Notes under the pieces: generated by a model
What the model was told of the DNA's origin: nothing
What the model saw: the letters and a program-made list of their open reading frames with translations, nothing else
The model's database searches: none
DNA from: Squalus acanthias
Taxonomy: Eukaryota
Direction: 5' to 3'
Length of the DNA: 64,000 nt
Assembly: GCA_030390025.1 (NCBI GenBank)
Contig: CM059432.1
Location: 68,078,001 to 68,142,000, forward strand
Part shown: positions 1 to 12,316 of the stretch, one piece after another
Layout: each line of letters begins with the position of its first letter
How positions within the stretch are numbered: the first letter of the stretch is position 1
Position numbers and translations under genes: made by a program

Positions 1-160
1 TATGCAGCCATGGTCTTGCCTGATGTGCCTCCCATAGGTGAATAGCCCTTACTGTATGCAGCCATGGTCTTGCCTGATGTGCCTCCCATAGGTGAATAGC
101 CCTTACAATATGCAGCCATGGTCTTGCCTGATGTGCCTCCCATAGGTGAATAGCCCTTAC
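1..160. repeat. 54-bp tandem repeat (about 3 units, runs off the window start) inside the intron of a Harbinger Myb/SANT gene
   Basis: Unit TATGCAGCCATGGTCTTGCCTGATGTGCCTCCCATAGGTGAATAGCCCTTAC.. starts at 1, 55 and 109. Confidence 0.95.
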
Positions 161-313
161 CTTACTGTATGCAAAGTGTGGAATGTGTGTGTGTGTTTGA
201 TGAAAGGGCCATAAGTGTTGGATGAGTGTTGTGCATTGGGGTTTTAAGACCCTCTGGCCATAGAGTGAGGTTGAGATGGAGGGATGGAGAGGTATTGAGA
301 AAAAGCCACTCAC

Positions 314-550
314 CCTGACGACCCGAGTGAGGTCGTTGAACTTTTTGCGGCACTGGACATGGGTCCTGGGCACCATGCTCCTGGAGGAGACGCTCTGAGC
401 CACCTCCCTCCACACTCTTCTTAACTCGCGTGGCAAAGGCCTCCTGCCACTCTCAGGGAACAGCATACATCGTCTGCGCTCCACTGCGCCAACCAGAGCA
501 TCCAAGGCCCGCTCGGTGAAGCGATGAGCGCGTTCTCTCACCCTCTCCAT
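314..550 (-). CDS. Exon 1 of Harbinger Myb/SANT-like DNA-binding protein (79 codons, open)
   Basis: Manual translation MERVRERAHRFTERALDALVGAVERRR...VWREVAQSVSS...RTHVQCRKKFNDLTRVVR followed by GTGAGT donor. Confidence 0.85.
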
Positions 551-908
551 GCTTGGCAGCAAAATGGATTCACAGGTCTCTCCAGGCTGAGATTCAAGGC
601 TGCAATGAGCAGGGTGTGGCTGGGGAGCAAGTGGCCCCCCCCGCTTTAAGAAGTGGCCGGCGCCAGTGTGTCTGTGTTCCCTCGCTAACTGGCAGCAGCT
701 GCGCTGCGCTCGCGCGCTGAGTTAGCGCCTCACTCCTTGGCCTTTGCGCCTTAAGACAGGTGTGCAGCGCCTGCTTTAGCGCTCCACTCACCTCCCAGGG
801 CGGTAAAAGTGAAGTTTCCAGTCAGTGCCGATAATTAGCGCCAGGCGCTAATTTTTGCATCCAGACGATATTTGCGCCCCAAATGGGGCGCGACCTAATT
901 TCTACCCC

Positions 909-3796
909 TTTGTGTCTTAATGCGAGGAGCATTCGTAATAAGGTGGATGAATTAGCTGCACAAATAGATGTAAACGGATATGATATAATTGGGATTACGG
1001 AGACATGGCTCCAGGATGAACAAGTCTGGGAATTCAACATCCAGGGGTATTCAATATTCAGGAAGGACAGGCAAAAAGGAAAAGGAGGTGGGGTAGCATT
1101 GCTGGTTAAAGAGGAGATTAACACAATAGTAAGGAAGGATATTAGCTTTGATGATGTGGAATCTGTATGGGCAGAGCTGAGAAATACCAAGGGGCAGAAA
1201 ACATTAGTGGGAGTTGCATACAGACCCCCAAACAGTAATGCTGAGGTTGGGGATGGCATTAAACTGGGAAATTAGAGACGTGTGCAATAAGGGCACAGCA
1301 GTTATCATGGGTGACTTTAATCTACATATAGATTGGGCTAACCAAATTAGTAGCAATACTGTGGAGGAGGAATTCGGGATGGTTTCCTGGACCAATATGT
1401 TGAGGAACCAACTAGAGATCAGGCCATCTTAGACTGGGTATTATGTAATGAGAAAGGATTAATTCGCAATCTTGTTGTGCGAGGCCCCTTGGGGAGGAGC
1501 GATCATAATATGATAGAATTCTTCATTAAAATGGGGAGTGAAGTAGTTGACTCAGAGACTAGGGTCCTGAATTTAAATAAAAGAAACTGCGATTGTATGA
1601 GGCACGAGTTGGCTAGGATGGATTGGGGAACATTACTTAAAGGGTTGATGGTGGATAGGCAATGGCAAGCATTTAAAGATCACATGGATGAACTACAGAA
1701 TTTGTTCATCCCTGTTTGGCATATAAATAAAACAAAAAAGGTGACTCAACCGTGGCTAATAAGGGAAATTAGGGATAGCATAAGATCCAAGGAGAGGACA
1801 TATAATTTGGCCAGAAAAAGCAGCAAACCTGAGGATTGGGAACAGTTTAGGATTCAGCCAAGGAGGACAAAGGGATTAATTAAGAGGGGGAAAATAGATT
1901 ATGAGAGTAAGATTGCAGGGAACATAAAAACTGACTGTAGAAGCTTCTATAGATATGTGAAGAGAAAAAGATTGGTGAAGTCAAGCGTAGGTCCCTTGCA
2001 GTCAGAATCAGGGGAATTTATAATGGGGAACAAAGAAATGGCTGACGAATTAAATACATACTTTGGTTCTGTCTTCACAAAGGAGGACACAAATAACCTC
2101 CCAGAGATGTCGGGGAACATAGGGTCTAATGAGAGGGAGGAATTGAATGAAATCAGTATTTGTAGGGAAATGGTGTTAGGGAAATTGATGGGATTGAAGG
2201 CCGATAAATCCCCAGGGCCTGATAATCTACATCCTAGGGTACTTAAGGAAGTGGCCCTAGAAATAGTAGATGCATTGCTGGTCATCTTCCAAAATTCTAT
2301 AGGCTCTGGAACAGTTCCCATGGATTGGAGGATAGCTAATGTAACCCCACTATTTAAAAAAGGTGGTAGAGAGAAAACGGGGAATTATAGACCGGTAAGT
2401 CTGACATCGGTAGTGGGGAAACTGCTAGAGTCCATTATAAAAGATATAATGGCAGAGCACTTGGAAAACGGTGACAGGATCGGACAAAGTCAACATGGAT
2501 TTACAAAAGGTAAATCATGCTTGACTAATCTACTGGAATTTTTTGAGGATGTAACTGGTAGAATAGATAAGGGAGAACCAGTGGATGTGGTGTATTTGGA
2601 CTTTCAGAAGGCTTTCGATAAGGTCCCGCATAAGAGATTAGCATGCAAAGTTAAAGCACACGGGATTGCGGGTAAGGTATTGTCTTGGATAGAGAACTGG
2701 TTGGCAGACAGGAAGCAAAGAGTTGGAATAAACGAGTCTTTTTCCGAGTGGCAGGCAGTGACTAGTGGGGTACCGCAGGGATCGGTGCTAGGACCCCAGC
2801 TATTCACAATATTTATAAATGATCTAGACGAGGGAACTAGATGTAATATCTCCAAGTTTGCAGACGACACAAAGCTGGGTGGGCGTGTGTGCTGTGAGGA
2901 GGATGCAGAGAAACTCCAGTATGATTTGGACAGGTTGGGTGATTGGGCAGCTGCATGGCAAATACAGTATAATGTGGATAAATGCGAGGTTATCCACTTC
3001 GGTGGCAAAAACAGGAAGACAGATTATTATCTGAATGGCAATAGATTGGGAAAAGGGGAAGTGCAACGAGACCTGGGTGTCCTTGTGCACCAGTCGCTGA
3101 AGGTAAGCATGCAGGTGCAGCAGGCGGTTAAGAAGGCAAATGGTATGTTGGCCTTCATAGCGAGAGGATTCGAGTACAGGAGCAAGGATGTCTTGCTGCA
3201 GTTGTACAAGGCCTTGGTGAGACCACACCTTGAGTATTGTGTGCAGTTTTGGTCACCTTATCTGAGGAAGGATGTTCTTGCCATAGAGAGAGTGCAGCAA
3301 AGATTCACCAGACTGATACCTGGGATGGCACTAATGACGTATGATTAGAGATTGGGTTGATTAGGCTTATATTCGCTAGAGTTTAGAAGAATGAGTGGGG
3401 ATCTCATTGAAACTTATAAAATTCTAACAGGACTAGACAGACTAGATGCAGGAAGGATGTTCCCGATGGCGGGGGAGTCCAGAACCAGGGGTCACAGTCT
3501 AAGGATAAGAGGTAAGCCATTTAGGACTGAGATGAGGAGGAATTTCTTCACCCAGAGAGTGGTGAACCTGTGGAATTCTCTACCACACAAGACAGTTGAG
3601 GCCAATTCATTAAATATATTCAAGAAGGAGTTAGATATATTTCTTAAGGCGAAAGGGATCAAGGGATATGGGGAGAAAGCAGGGACAGGGTACTGAATTT
3701 GGATGATCAGCCATGATCTCATTAAATGGTGGAACAGGCTCGAGGGGCCGAATGGTCTACTCCTGCTCCTATCTTCTATGTTTCTATGTTTCTATC
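909..3796 (+). mobile_element. CR1 LINE, ORF2 (APE endonuclease + RT), frameshifted/stopped, with 3' UTR and (TTCTATGT)n-type tail
   Basis: LNARSIRNK, ITETW, YRPP, SDHN, YLDFQKAFDKV, GVPQGSVLGP, KFADDTKL; tail at ~3775-3796; 5' side cut by the Harbinger end. Confidence 0.95.
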
Positions 3797-4036
3797 TTGA
3801 TCATGTTTGTATGTGTTTAGAAATGAATGCCGGAAATAATTCCAGTCGAAACCTCAGACGACTATCGCAACCATTATCAAGAATGGAGTGAGGAGCTGTT
3901 CTGGACCCTTTTTCCATCTGGGACTTTTGATGTTCGGAACATTCTTTATCCTATGGATCATCCATCAAATATGAAAGAATAGGGGACACCAACAGAACAA
4001 CGAAGAAGGACAAGAGGAAATAGAGGCGGTTCGACA

Positions 4037-5738
4037 ATGATGTGTTATATAATAATAACTTGTGTACTTATGATATATGTAGAATTAAACAGGGTACTCG
4101 GTGAACAGAAGGTGATTCTCACCTCCGGGGAAAAAGACTATAATAGCGCGAATTGGATCACTGAGTTTAGTCACTGGAAGGCCCCTACCCACGGAAACCA
4201 TGAATGTAGCTGTAGTGGAATGGCTAGGACATGCCACGAGACTAGCTATGCGGGGAACCTGACTAGGGTGTGTGTGACTTGCAGCCATACTAACCAAGGT
4301 AAACGATATATAGTCTGGCAGGCAAAGGGCGAGAAGGATGGAATATACACAGTATCGTCAGGAGCCAATCCTCTAAGTAGACCAAATTGTACCATCAAGG
4401 GGAGAAAGGTATGTTGTCAGATGGATCCACAGGCAAAGAGTTTACACTTATTCGTGGGATGTAGTAGTAATAGGGCGGTTGGAAACCTGACTTCTAATGC
4501 AAGGGTCTCCCAGAGACCGAATTGCTCCTGCGAAAGTCAAGGGAAGATCATAGTTCATCAGCTCCCTTCCACCCCCACCCAGGACCAACTACCACCCCTA
4601 TGACCACTTCCCCATTACCACCCACTCTGGCTCCTCCGAGAGAATGTCCCCAGAAACGTTAGGACCAAAGGGAGGAGTTGTATTCAGAACCACTGGCAAG
4701 ATTGTGTATGATAATGTACAGTATGCATTGGTACCCGTCGCTTTGAATATGTCAGATATCCAGCTGCCCGCCTGGTGTCCTACTAACCTGCAAGAAATTC
4801 ACCGAGACTTAATTAAGGGGTTGCTCCAACAGGAAATAGGCAATAATACTGGGGGGAACCGAACCCAGGAAGGAACAAGTGAGAGAAGAAGGAGAAGAAG
4901 TACAGTAAATGATATAGGGACTGCTTATGGAGCCGGTATGGCAACAGTAAATACCTTGGATATAACTAATTTGAATAGTAAAATTAAGACGTTAACTACC
5001 CAAGTGAAGAAGCTGTTGGAGAAAATGAATAATAATCAAGGACAAGCCACACAGGCAGGAGAGAGAGCGGCAGGCGCTGAAGGACAAATAATAACAGTGC
5101 TAGAAGGACATGCTAGAACAATTAATAAAATAATAAGTGAGGAAAGACAGGTAAACAATGTAACCACAACCGAGGTCAGCTATCACTATGGGAACAGAGA
5201 ATGTCCCATAGAAACCCCGACTTTCTGTCTGCACCCTTTAATACCGATGAGATTGGGTAATGAAGAAATTATCGATATTGAGCGAAGAGAAACTGTTCAG
5301 ATGAATGTGGCTGACAGCCTGAAAGGAAACTTGGAGAATTACTTTGGAAAATATGACATCAGTATCCAATTAGAGAAGGAACATTTGATTAGGATCAAGC
5401 ATCAGCTTGAACTGGTACATCAGACTTACATACGAGTGGAACAGAACACAAAGGAAATTGGCGAGCACGTAAAGAGCATCAAGATAGACACATGGTGGGA
5501 TGAAATATGGAATTGGGGTACAAATGTCAATATACACCCATGGATTAGAATATTCTCACACATTACAGTTATTCTAATTACTGTAATATTCCTGTGTCTG
5601 TGTGTCACCTGGAGAAGTATGAAGCGATTGGAAAAAAGATTGAAGGGGCGACTCGAAAGGGTGGAAATGGGGCAAGTGATGAAGATGGAAGACCGGAGGA
5701 GGCTACTAACTAAGAAAGGTGATCAATATAATCTATGA
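4037..5738 (+). pseudogene. Endogenous LTR-retroelement env, F-protein-like class I fusion glycoprotein, split by frameshifts near 4560-4660
   Basis: Hydrophobic N-terminus, Cys-rich domain, Pro/Thr linker in third frame, furin site RRRRR|S, fusion-peptide-like TVNDIGTAYGAGMA, heptad repeats, WWDEIWNW, TM ILITVIFLCLCV; followed by PPT and LTR. Confidence 0.8.
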
Positions 5739-5749
5739 TTAAAATGATC

Positions 5750-5760
5750 AAAGGGAGGAG
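5750..5760 (+). other. Polypurine tract of the env-bearing element
   Basis: AAAGGGAGGAG immediately before TGTAGAAAT, about 12 nt after env stop. Confidence 0.8.
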
Positions 5761-6476
5761 TGTAGAAATATGAACTGGTGAATTGTGTAAAAAGGTTGCC
5801 TTTAGAAAATGGTCGAGGACTGCGAAAACTGCAGCCAGAGTGAGGTCTCAAATAAACAAAACCTTGAAGCTGGGGGCCTAGGGCTGCTCAAATAACATAG
5901 TTAACAGGCCTGCAAGAGATGACAAGCTCGCAGGATGATCGAGTCTACGACAATCATTAACTCAAGATAAGGGTGACAATCTAGTCTAATGGTTGAGCAG
6001 TCGCAAATCACATAATAAGGGACCTCTGGAATTCCCTAAACGACCAAGGATACCGATTGGCTAAGGTTAGACACATCTCAGACAAAATGGCCGAACCTGC
6101 ACAAGGCACATAGGTAGTCAAAATATAGATATAAAAGAAGGGAGCCAAGAGCTAGTTTAGCAGCGAGAACCTAGGAATCACACTCTAGAAGGGAGGAGCC
6201 ACAAGTCCGGGACTTGTTGTAGGACACCAGCGCGAAGGCTGATCAACTTTCAAACGGGTAATATTGTTTTAAGCTAGCACACATGAGAAGTGAGCCCTGT
6301 GTCATTTTCCCTGTAAGTTATTCAAACAACTTGTTAACAAATAAAGTAATGAATTTATGCAACTTATTGAGTCCGACCGACATTTGACACTCTGAACTAA
6401 GAACCATAATTGTTGAACTGTTGTTGAACTGACTAATTATTACTAGCTCAATAGATACTGTGAATTCGGGACAACA
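5761..6476 (+). mobile_element. 3' LTR of the env-bearing element
   Basis: Starts TG after PPT; TATAAAA ~6130; AATAAA ~6340; ends ...ACAACA at the minisatellite (end uncertain). Confidence 0.75.
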
Positions 6477-8030
6477 CACAGCCCATTCTACTTCTCCTCA
6501 CACATCCCATTCTACCTCTCCTCACACATCCCATTCTACCTCTCCTCACACATCCCATTCTACCTCTCCTCACACATCCCATTCTACCTCTCCTCACACA
6601 TCCCATTCTACCTCTCCTCACATCCCATTCTACCTTTCTCACACATCCCATTCAGTCTCTCTTCCCACATCCCATTCTACCTCTCCTCACATCCCATTCT
6701 ACCTCTCCTCACATCCCATTCTACCTCTCCTCACACATCCCATTCTACCTCTCCTCACACATCCCATTCTACCTCTCCTCACATCCCATTCTACCTCTCC
6801 TCACACATCCCATTCTACCTCCCCTCCCACATCCCATTCTACCTCTCCTCACATCCCATTCTACCTCTCCTCACACATCCCATTCTACCTCTCCTCCCAC
6901 ATCCCATTCTACCTCTCCTCACATCCCATTCTACCTCTCCTCACACATCCCATTCTACCTCTCCTCACACATCCCATTCTACCTCTCTTCACATCCCATT
7001 CTACCTCTCCTCACACATCCCATTCTACCTCTCCTCACACATCCCATTCTACCTCTCCTCACACTTCCCATTCTACCTCTCCTCACACATCCCATTCTAC
7101 CTCTCCTCACATCCCATTCTACCTTTCTCACACATCCCATTCTACCTCTCCTCACACTTCCCATTCTACCTCTCCTCACACATCCCATTCTACCTCTCCT
7201 CACATCCCATTCTACCTTTCTCCCACGTCCCATTCTACCTCTCCTCACACATCCCATTCTACCTCTCCTCACATCCCATTCTACCTCTCCTCACACATCC
7301 CATTCTATCTCTCCTCACACGTCCCATTCTACCTCTCCTCACACATCCCATTCTACCTCTCCACTCACTGTCCCATTCTACCTCTCCACTCACTGTCCCA
7401 TTCTACCTCTCCTCACACATCCCATTCTACTTCTCCTCACACATCCCATTCTACCTCTCCTCACACATCTCATTCTACCTCTCCACTCACTGTCCCATTC
7501 TACCTCTCCACTCACTGTCCCATTCTACCTCTCCTCACAAACCCATTCTACCTCTCCTCGCACATCCCATTCTACCTCTCCTCGCACATCCCATTCTTCC
7601 TCTCCTCACACATCCCATTCTTCCTCTCCTCACACATCCCATTCTTCCTCTCCTCACACATCCCATTCTACCTCTCCTCACACATCCCATTCTACCTCTC
7701 CTCACACATCCCATTCTACCTCTCCTCACACATCCCATTCTACCTCTCCTCACACATCCCATTCTACCTCTCCTCACACATCCCATTCTACCTCTCCTCA
7801 CATCCCATTCTACCTCTCCTCACACATCTCATTCTACCTCTCCTCACATATCCCAATCTAACTCTCCTCACACATCTCATTCTACCTCTCCTCACACATC
7901 CCAATCTAACTCTCTTCACACATCCCAATCTAACTCTCCTCACACATCTCATTCTACCTCTCCTCACACATCCCATTCTACCTCTCCTCACACATCCCAT
8001 TCTACCTCTCCTCACACATCCCAATCTACC
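6477..8030. repeat. 24-bp minisatellite (CACACATCCCATTCTACCTCTCCT)n with 22-bp variants, block 1
   Basis: Direct reading; gives HTSHSTSP 8-aa repeats in translation. Confidence 0.97.
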
Positions 8031-9297
8031 GCTACTTGAAGGGATAATTAAAAGTCCTAGCCCTTTTCGGGCTACCTCAGATCAGGCATATTCCCCAGAC
8101 GTTCACCTTCAACTAAAGTTAGCGGTAGCCGAATCCTAGTGACGCTTAATTGGGTCTAAAGGTTCAGACTATCTCTCCCTAAAGGAAAGGAATGGCCTGA
8201 AGATGTTACCTGTCCTCCGGATAGCACTTTCCACAAGTTTAACTGGACTGTAACCTTCCAGATATTATGAGCTTCCGGAAAACCCCCCCAGAATTCTGCA
8301 ACTCCTCACTGAAGAGTGTACAGAAATTGAGTTTGCAGGATTGATACAGAAATACTCTTTGAGACAATTTTAAACATATGTAGATTTATTAAAGAACCAA
8401 CATCTAATTAACAGCTGGTATGGCAATCGCAACTTTAACCGTTCAAAATACAAATAGCTTACATTTCTTATCAGAGATCCTTATTCTCAAATCTTAACTT
8501 CGTTACATTTCCACACTTCTACTTATTTCTTAATCCAGAATATCCCCCAAAATCAAATACCTTGATTACCCAAGACTCAGAGTTAAAAACTTACAGAGCG
8601 TGCCTGTGAAGTTGAGAAACGCTTGCCCTTCCAGCGACTTCTGACTCTCTATCTGAAAAGCTCTTATTTTTATACTCTTTTTAAGTAGTATATTCTTTGA
8701 AGTTTTCTTTTGATGTAAGCTAATTGTCTCTAGTGATACTCTATTGAATTCTTTTCTATTCTTACTGTCATTTCAGCTGCCAACTTTTAGAATTCTGTCT
8801 CTACCTTTAGGTGTTTCAAAAGCTATCATAAAATGGTTATTACAGATTTATCTTTTGATGCTATTCTTAGGAAGTCTTTCTATTGAATTCTTAATATCAC
8901 TTAACTGCTTGTAAGCCAGACATCGTGACTCCGTGGTGTTCCAAGTTAACACATAAACAATGTGATTGCTTGGTGTCATCGATTGATATTATATTTTCAA
9001 AGTCTTCTGTCAGTATTTTTTACAATATGTAAATTGAAAACACTTCAACTATGGTGTTTGCTTGTTTTCTAGCTACTTCAATTGGTTTTATATTTAATCG
9101 TGTTTCCTGTCTTATTTGATGTTATTTTATGAAGGCATATGGTTGTTTAATGTTCTAAGTTTCTGTTTCCCTGAGTGTTAGCTTATACACTTTACTTACA
9201 TAGATACATAGATACATAGAAGATAGGAGCAGGAGTAGGCCATCCGGCCCTTCGAGCCTGCTCCGCCATTTAATGAGATCATGGCTGATCCTTCAAT

Positions 9298-11660
9298 TCA
9301 GTATCCCGTCCCCGCCTTCTCTCCGTAACCCTTAACCCCTTTTGCCTGTAGAAATATATCTAATTCCCTCTTAAATATATTTAATGAGCTGGCGTACACT
9401 GCCCTCTGTGGCAATGAGTTCCACAGGTTCACCACTCTCTGAGTGAAGAAATTCCCCCTCATTTCTGTCCTAAATGGTTTAGCCCTTATCCTTAAATTAT
9501 GTCCTCTAGTTCTGTTCTCACCCGCCAAGGGAAACATTCCTTCTGCATCTAATCTGTCTAGACCTGTCAGAATTTTATACACTTCTATGAGGTCCCCTCT
9601 CAATCTTCTAAACTCCAGTGTGTACATCCCTAAACTACATAGTCTCTCCTCATAGGTCAATCCCGCCATTCCTGGTATCAGCCTGGTGAATCGCCGCTGC
9701 ACCCCCTCCATGGCAAGAACATCTTTCCTCAGATGAGGCGACCAAAACTGTACACAGTACTCGAGGTGTGGTCTCACCAGTGCCCTGTACAGCTGCAGCA
9801 AGGTATCCCTGTTCCTGTATTCCAACCCTTTTGCTATGAAGGCCAGCATACCGTTTGCCTTCTTGACCGCCTGTTGCACCTGCATGCTCGCCTTCAGTGA
9901 CTGGTGTACAAGAACACCCAGGTCTCTCTGTACTTCCCCCTCTCCCAATTTATTGCCATTTAAATAATAATTTGCCCTCCCGTTCCTGCACCCAAGGTGG
10001 ATAACTTCGCACTTGTCCACATTATAGTGCATCTGCCATTTATCCGCCCAATCACCCAGTCTGTCCAAATCGCTCTGGAGCTTCCTGGTCTCCTCCTCTG
10101 AGCCCACCCCCCCTCCTAGTTTAGTGTCGTCTGCAAATTTGGAAATGCTGCATTCGACTCCCTGATCCAGGTCATTAATATAAATTGTGAACAGCTGGGG
10201 ACCCAGGACAGATCCCTGTGGTACCCCACTTGTTACTGCCTGCCATTCAGAAAATGAGCCGTTTATTCCAACTCTCTGTTTTCTATCTGACAGCCAGTTC
10301 TCTATCCACGTCAATACTTTCCCCTTTATCCCATGAGCTTCAATTTTCCATGCTAATCTTTTATGTGGGACCTTATCGAAGGCCTTTTGGAAGTCCAGGT
10401 ACACCACATCTACTGGCTCTCCCCCATCTATTTTACCAGTTACTCCCTCAAAAAATTCCAATAGATTAGTCAAGCACGATTTACCCTTTGTAAATCCATG
10501 TTGACTCTGTCCTATCCTGTCCCCATTTGCTAAGTGCTCGGCTATTTCATCCTTAATGATGGACTCCAGCATTTTGCCCACAACTGATGTAAGGCTTACA
10601 GGTCTGTAATTACCTGCTTTTTCCCTACCCCCCTTTTTGAATAGTGGGGTAACGTTAGCTACCCTCCAATCCATGGGCACTGTTCCCGAGTCTAATGAAT
10701 TCTGAAAAATCATGCTTAGTGCATCCGCTATCTCTAGGGCCACCTCCTTCAGTACCCTAGGATGCATGTTATCAGGCCCTGGGGATTTGTCCGCCTTCAA
10801 TCCCTTTAGCTTCCTTAACACCATATCCTTAGAGATATTGATTTGCGTCAGTTCCTCCTTTGCCAATGTCCCTATTTTTCCCGATATCCCAGGGAGGTTT
10901 TTTGTGTCTTCCTTCGTAAAGACTGACCCAAAGTATGCATTTAGTTGGTCTGCCATTTCCTTATTTCCCATTATATATTCCCCCGTATCTGACTGCAATG
11001 GACCAACTTTGGTTTTCACCAGTCTTTTCCTCTTGATATACTTATAAAAGCTTTTGGAGTTAGTTTTTATATTTTCCGCCAGCTTGCTTTCGTAAGCTAT
11101 TTTGCCCTTCTTGATTAAGCCCTTTGCCCTCCTTTGCTCTATCTTAAACTGTTCCCAATCTTCCGCTCTGGCGCGTTTTTTGGCTATTTTATACGCCCTA
11201 TCTTTGGATTTTATGCTGTCTCTAATTTCCCCTGTTATCCACGGTTGAGTCACCTTTTTAGATTTCCTTTTATGCCAGATTGGTATAAACAATTTTTGCA
11301 ATTTTGTCATTCTATCTTTAAATGCTTGCCATTGTTTATCTACCTCCAGTCCTCCCAGGAACGTTGTCCAATCAGACCTACTCAGTTCCCGTCTAATGGC
11401 ATCATAATTCCCCTTGTTTAAATTCAGGACCTGAGTCTCTGAGTCAATTTCTTCGCTCTCCATTTCGAGTGAGAAATCGATCATGTTATGATCGCTCTGA
11501 CCCAAGGGTCCCCGTACAACAAGATTACTAATTAGTCCCTTCTCATTGCACAGTACCCAGTCCAATATAGCCTGTTCCCGAGTTGGTTCCTCGACATATT
11601 GATCCAGATAACCATCCCTTAAACACTCAAGGAATTCCTCCTCCTCATTATTTTTACTGA
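9298..11660 (-). CDS. CR1 ORF2 C-terminal part (endonuclease end + reverse transcriptase), uninterrupted
   Basis: 755-aa ORF with SDHN, YLDFQKAFDKV, GVPQGS, FADD. Confidence 0.95.
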
Positions 11661-12316
11661 TTAGACCAGCGTCGACAGCGGCGGAGCAGGAGCCTTTCTT
11701 TCTTTTTCTCCCACAGAGCGGTCGGCAGCGGGGAAGGAGGAGCGGACCTGGTTGGAGCGGCGGGAGCGGCGGCGAGTCGATAAAGGGAGCCCCGAGGCTC
11801 AGGTAGGCCTCAGACCAGCGTCGACAGCGGCGGAGGAGGAGCCTTTCTTTCTTTTTCTCCCACAGAGCGGTCGGCAGCGGGGAAGGAGGAGCGGACCTGG
11901 TTGGAGCGGCATTTAAGGAGGGTGGTGGCTTAAACCCGAGTTCCTACAGAGTAGGAACCCCCACCCGCCCTCCTCCTCTAACCTAGTAGTCTTTTAGCAG
12001 TCTAAAAACAGAGGTCACAAATTTTTTGGTCTCAGTTTCTTTTCAGCAGAGCAGGAACCGGGAGGAGCGGGAAGTCGGCGTAGGACCAAGGGGACACAAG
12101 ACCGGGAAGTCAGCGAAAGACCAGGGAGGTAAGACTAACTGGTAAGTACTTTCCTCAAACCTTCCTAGAAAGTACAACTAAAACTAGTGCGATTTGGTTA
12201 GTTTAAAAAGGAATAAGAGGAGTACAGTATACATTGGTCTAAGTAAGCTTCGGGAAAACAAAAGTCAATAAATAAACTAAAACTAGAAAATTAATAAGTA
12301 ATATAAGGGTTAAGTC

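Larger units (their letters stand above)
1..908 (-). mobile_element. Left end of a PIF/Harbinger DNA transposon (continues beyond window start)
   Basis: Minus-strand terminus GGGGTAGAAATTAGGTCGCGCCCCATTTGGGGCGC resembles the 40311 element end; repeated TAGCGC subterminal motifs; Myb/SANT exon. Confidence 0.85.

Noticed and set aside
1947..3228. Antisense ORFs over CR1 RT (also at 9443-11421 and 17472-18735)
   Set aside because: Shadow frames of the RT coding strand
6477..8030. CRISPR-like array
   Set aside because: Contiguous tandem units with no unique spacers; eukaryotic context
6460..8139. 559-aa His/Ser/Pro-rich ORF and antisense RRGRMGCV ORFs
   Set aside because: Artefact of a stop-free 24-bp minisatellite
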